Assembly (NCBI GenBank): GCA_963817385.1 | Contig: CAWFOM010000016.1 | Span: 64,001-128,000 of the forward strand | From: an uncultured delta proteobacterium | GTDB lineage: Bacteria > Desulfobacterota > Syntrophia > Syntrophales > UBA5619 | Direction of reading: 5' to 3' | DNA: 64,000 bases | Part shown: one piece after another, positions 61,241-64,000 of the stretch | Layout: each line of letters opens with the position of its first letter | Position numbering within the stretch: the first letter of the stretch is position 1 | Notes under the pieces: generated by a model | Seen by the model: only the letters and a program-made list of their open reading frames with translations | What the model was told of the DNA's origin: nothing | Database searches by the model: none | Made by a program: the position numbers and the translations under genes

Positions 61241-61384
61241 ATGGACAGCGGTACAGAAGCCACGGTTTTTTCCTATAATCGATAAATAATTGACCAATGG
61301 CTTGTTATCGTTCAGAATGAAACTGAGACAGGGACAACCCTCAGCCCTTCACAGGACTGAGGTAAGATGAAAAAAGGAGGCGTC

Positions 61385-62710
61385 ATGGCGTCATCGAAAG
61401 TCTGGTACATGGATGCCCGGGCGAGGCGTTTTCTTGAATCGACGGCCATCAAGGGCCGCCAGATCATCGAGCGTTCCGGCTGGCTGGACAATCTCCAGCG
61501 GGGCGACATCGTGGCTCTGAAGACCCACATGGGCGAGGCCTACAACGTGGGCTATCTGCGGCCCGTGATCATCAGCACCCTGGTCGATCTCCTGAAGGAA
61601 CGGGGGCTCCGTCCCTTCGTCACCGACACGACGACCATGCCCTACCACCCCTGGATCAGCCGGACCCTGGCCATGGATCACCTGGAGACCGCCAACAAAA
61701 ACGGCTTCAACCAGGGCACCGTCGGCTGCCCGATCGTCATGGCGGACGGCTGGCTCGGGACCGATGACGTGATCGTCGACCTCAAGGGGCGGGGAAACTA
61801 CCTGAAGAAGCAGTTCGTGGCCCGCGCGATCGCCGATGCCGATGCGCTCCTGTCGGTGGCGCATTTCAAGGGGCACCCGGCCGGCGGATACGGGGGATCG
61901 CTCAAGAACATCGGCGTCGGCGGGGCAAGCAAGCGGGGCAAGATGAATCTGCACGGCGCCCTGGCCGGCGACAAGCCCGTGATCGACGCCAAACTCTGCC
62001 CGGGACGCAGCTGCGAATGGTGGCAGGTCTGCGAGGACTGCTGCCCCGAGGGATCAATTAAGGTGACGGACAAGGGGCTGGAAGTGGACCTGGAGAGTTG
62101 CGTCTACTGCTTCGCGTGCGCCAATCTCTGCGTTAACATGGCGGGAGTCAAGAGCATCCAGCGTTTCGACCATCTGCCCACCCTCGGGCGCCGCATCGCC
62201 GATTCAGCGCTCGCCGCCATGATGACGAAGGAGGAGGGGAAAGCCTTCTTCCTCAATTTCGCCATGGACATCAGCCCCAGTTGCGACTGCTACGGCTGGA
62301 CCGACACCCCCATCGTCAACGGCCTCGGAATCCTCGCCTCCTACGATCCGGTGGCCGTCGACAAGGCCTGCATCGACATGATGAATGCCGCTCCGGGCCT
62401 CCTCAATTCCGAGGCGGAGGAGTTCGGGGCCCTGGCCTGTGGCGCGAAGAAACTCAACGTCATCAAGGGAAAAGACGTCGAGGCGCAGATCCATGGCGGT
62501 GTGGCCAACGGCTTGGGCTCGGCCGACTACGCAATCGAGAAGGTTCCTCTGGACCGAAGCCAGGCGGCGATCAGCACCTTCTACCCCGAGGTGCGGGCCC
62601 GGAAACTCAAGGCGATGTATGCAAAAAACCACCCCCTCAAGGGCCTGGATACGGCCTCGTTCGGACGGCCGACCGAGGGAGTGGCGGACCCGCGGCATCC
62701 GAAAAAGTAG
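61385..62710 (+). CDS. DUF362 protein with 4Fe-4S ferredoxin domain
   Basis: KTHMGE, HFKGH...YGG.LKN.G.G, C..CP and C..C..C...C, CDC, DPVAVDKA. Confidence 0.88.
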   Translation: MASSKVWYMDARARRFLESTAIKGRQIIERSGWLDNLQRGDIVALKTHMGEAYNVGYLRPVIISTLVDLLKERGLRPFVTDTTTMPYHPWISRTLAMDHLETANKNGFNQGTVGCPIVMADGWLGTDDVIVDLKGRGNYLKKQFVARAIADADALLSVAHFKGHPAGGYGGSLKNIGVGGASKRGKMNLHGALAGDKPVIDAKLCPGRSCEWWQVCEDCCPEGSIKVTDKGLEVDLESCVYCFACANLCVNMAGVKSIQRFDHLPTLGRRIADSALAAMMTKEEGKAFFLNFAMDISPSCDCYGWTDTPIVNGLGILASYDPVAVDKACIDMMNAAPGLLNSEAEEFGALACGAKKLNVIKGKDVEAQIHGGVANGLGSADYAIEKVPLDRSQAAISTFYPEVRARKLKAMYAKNHPLKGLDTASFGRPTEGVADPRHPKK

Positions 62711-62763
62711 CAGGGATCTGATGTCCGTTTTCACGCGAGACTGATGAAAAAAGGAGAATATCT

Positions 62764-64000
62764 ATGGGCAATATGCTGGTGAACACGCGTGATCAGAAGT
62801 TCGTTCTCTACGAGCAGATCGGGATTGAAAAGCTGTTTGAATCGGATAAATTCAAAGACTTCTCCCGCGAGATCGTGGACATGATGCTCTCGGAGGCCGA
62901 AAAGCTGGCGGTGGAGGAGATTCTTCCGACCTACGAGGTGGGGGACAAACAGGACCCGGTGGTCTTTAGGGAGGGAAAGACCTATGCGCCGAAGTGCTAT
63001 CACGAGCCCTACCGGAAATACTGCGAGGCCGGCTGGGTTTGTTCCGTCGCCCCTCCCGAGCTGGGCGGGCAGGGGGTGCCGATCTCGGTCTACAGCGCCT
63101 GCACCGAACTTTTCGGCGCCGCGAACTACGCCTTTCAGATGTACCCCGGCCTCACCCTGGGGGCGGCCGCGATGATCGCCGCGCGCGGCACGGAGGTGCA
63201 GATCGAGAAGTATGCGCTCAAGATGTTCTCCGGCGAGTGGTGCGGCACCATGTGCCTTACCGAGCCCGGCGCCGGCTCCGATGTGGGCAATCTCCGGACG
63301 ACCGCCAAACGGTTGCCCGACGGCACGTACCGCATCACCGGAACGAAGTGTTTCATCTCCTCGGGAGACCACGATCTCACCGAACAAATCGTCCATCCCG
63401 TCCTCGCCAGGATCGAAGGCGACCCCCCGGGAACGAAGGGGATCTCCCTCTTTATTGTTCCCAAGTACCGGGTGAACGACGACGGGGGCCTCGGGGAGTT
63501 CAACGACGTGGTCACCGGCGGCATCGAACACAAGATGGGGATCAAGGGCTCCGCCACCGCCACCCTCAATTTCGGCGACAACGGCAGTTGCATCGGCGAG
63601 CTCCTGGGGGAGGAGCGCGAAGGAATGAAGATCATGTTCCTGATGATGAACGAAGCCCGCCTCAGTACCGGGATGCAGGGCCTGGATCTGGCCAGCGTCA
63701 GCTTCGAGCATGCGGTGCAGTATGCCAAGGAACGCATCCAGTCGCGGCGCATCGAGGACTGGAGCAATCAGGCCGCCCCGCCGGTCGCCATCATCAATCA
63801 CCCCGATATCCGGCGTTCCCTGCTCTGGATGAAGTCGCACGTGGAGGGGATGCGGGCCATGAACTATTTCATCGCCTTCTGCATCGACCGGGAAGGGACC
63901 GCCGCCACTGAGCGAGGAGCGGGAGAAGATGAAGGGGTTCGTCGAACTCCTCACCCCGATCAGCAAGGCCTACTGCTCCGACAAGGCCGTCGAGATCTGC
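62764..64000 (+). CDS. Acyl-CoA dehydrogenase (3' partial; frameshift near 63910)
   Basis: AAGGAG RBS; GTMCLTEP.AGSD, GTK.FIS.G.HDL, EHKMGIKGS.T, MF.MMNEAR; LLTP..KAY in the +1 frame. Confidence 0.9.
   Translation, partial: MGNMLVNTRDQKFVLYEQIGIEKLFESDKFKDFSREIVDMMLSEAEKLAVEEILPTYEVGDKQDPVVFREGKTYAPKCYHEPYRKYCEAGWVCSVAPPELGGQGVPISVYSACTELFGAANYAFQMYPGLTLGAAAMIAARGTEVQIEKYALKMFSGEWCGTMCLTEPGAGSDVGNLRTTAKRLPDGTYRITGTKCFISSGDHDLTEQIVHPVLARIEGDPPGTKGISLFIVPKYRVNDDGGLGEFNDVVTGGIEHKMGIKGSATATLNFGDNGSCIGELLGEEREGMKIMFLMMNEARLSTGMQGLDLASVSFEHAVQYAKERIQSRRIEDWSNQAAPPVAIINHPDIRRSLLWMKSHVEGMRAMNYFIAFCIDREGTAATERGAGEDEGVRRTPHPDQQGLLLRQGRRDL

Overview
GC-rich bacterial DNA whose gene content (acyl-CoA ligases and dehydrogenases, 2-hydroxyacyl-CoA dehydratase subunits, DUF362 Fe-S protein, HesB-like selenoprotein, pilT/pilU) suggests an anaerobic Desulfobacterota, probably Syntrophales-like; the taxonomy is inferred. 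Region 1-15.6 kb is housekeeping and accessory genes, with tRNA-Ser(CGA) and a complete IS1202-family element with a 16-bp target duplication. The highlight is a visibly AT-richer island at about 15.7-29.4 kb. It puts in one locus architectural matches to all three Geobacter inner-membrane quinol-oxidising routes (ImcH-, CbcL- and CbcBA-like), plus a 9-heme c7-polymer cytochrome, a heme-motif sensor kinase and a sigma54 activator. Two sigma54 promoters in the island share near-identical operator/IHF/-24-12 geometry. Next come a selenocysteine-recoded HesB-like gene missed by the ORF track, tamAB, pilT/pilU, and a large branched-chain acyl-CoA catabolic cluster in which a BKACE (DUF849) sits where HMG-CoA lyase would be expected. 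Many single-base frameshifts after 31 kb look like long-read assembly errors. All calls come from reading motifs by eye; no database searches were run.
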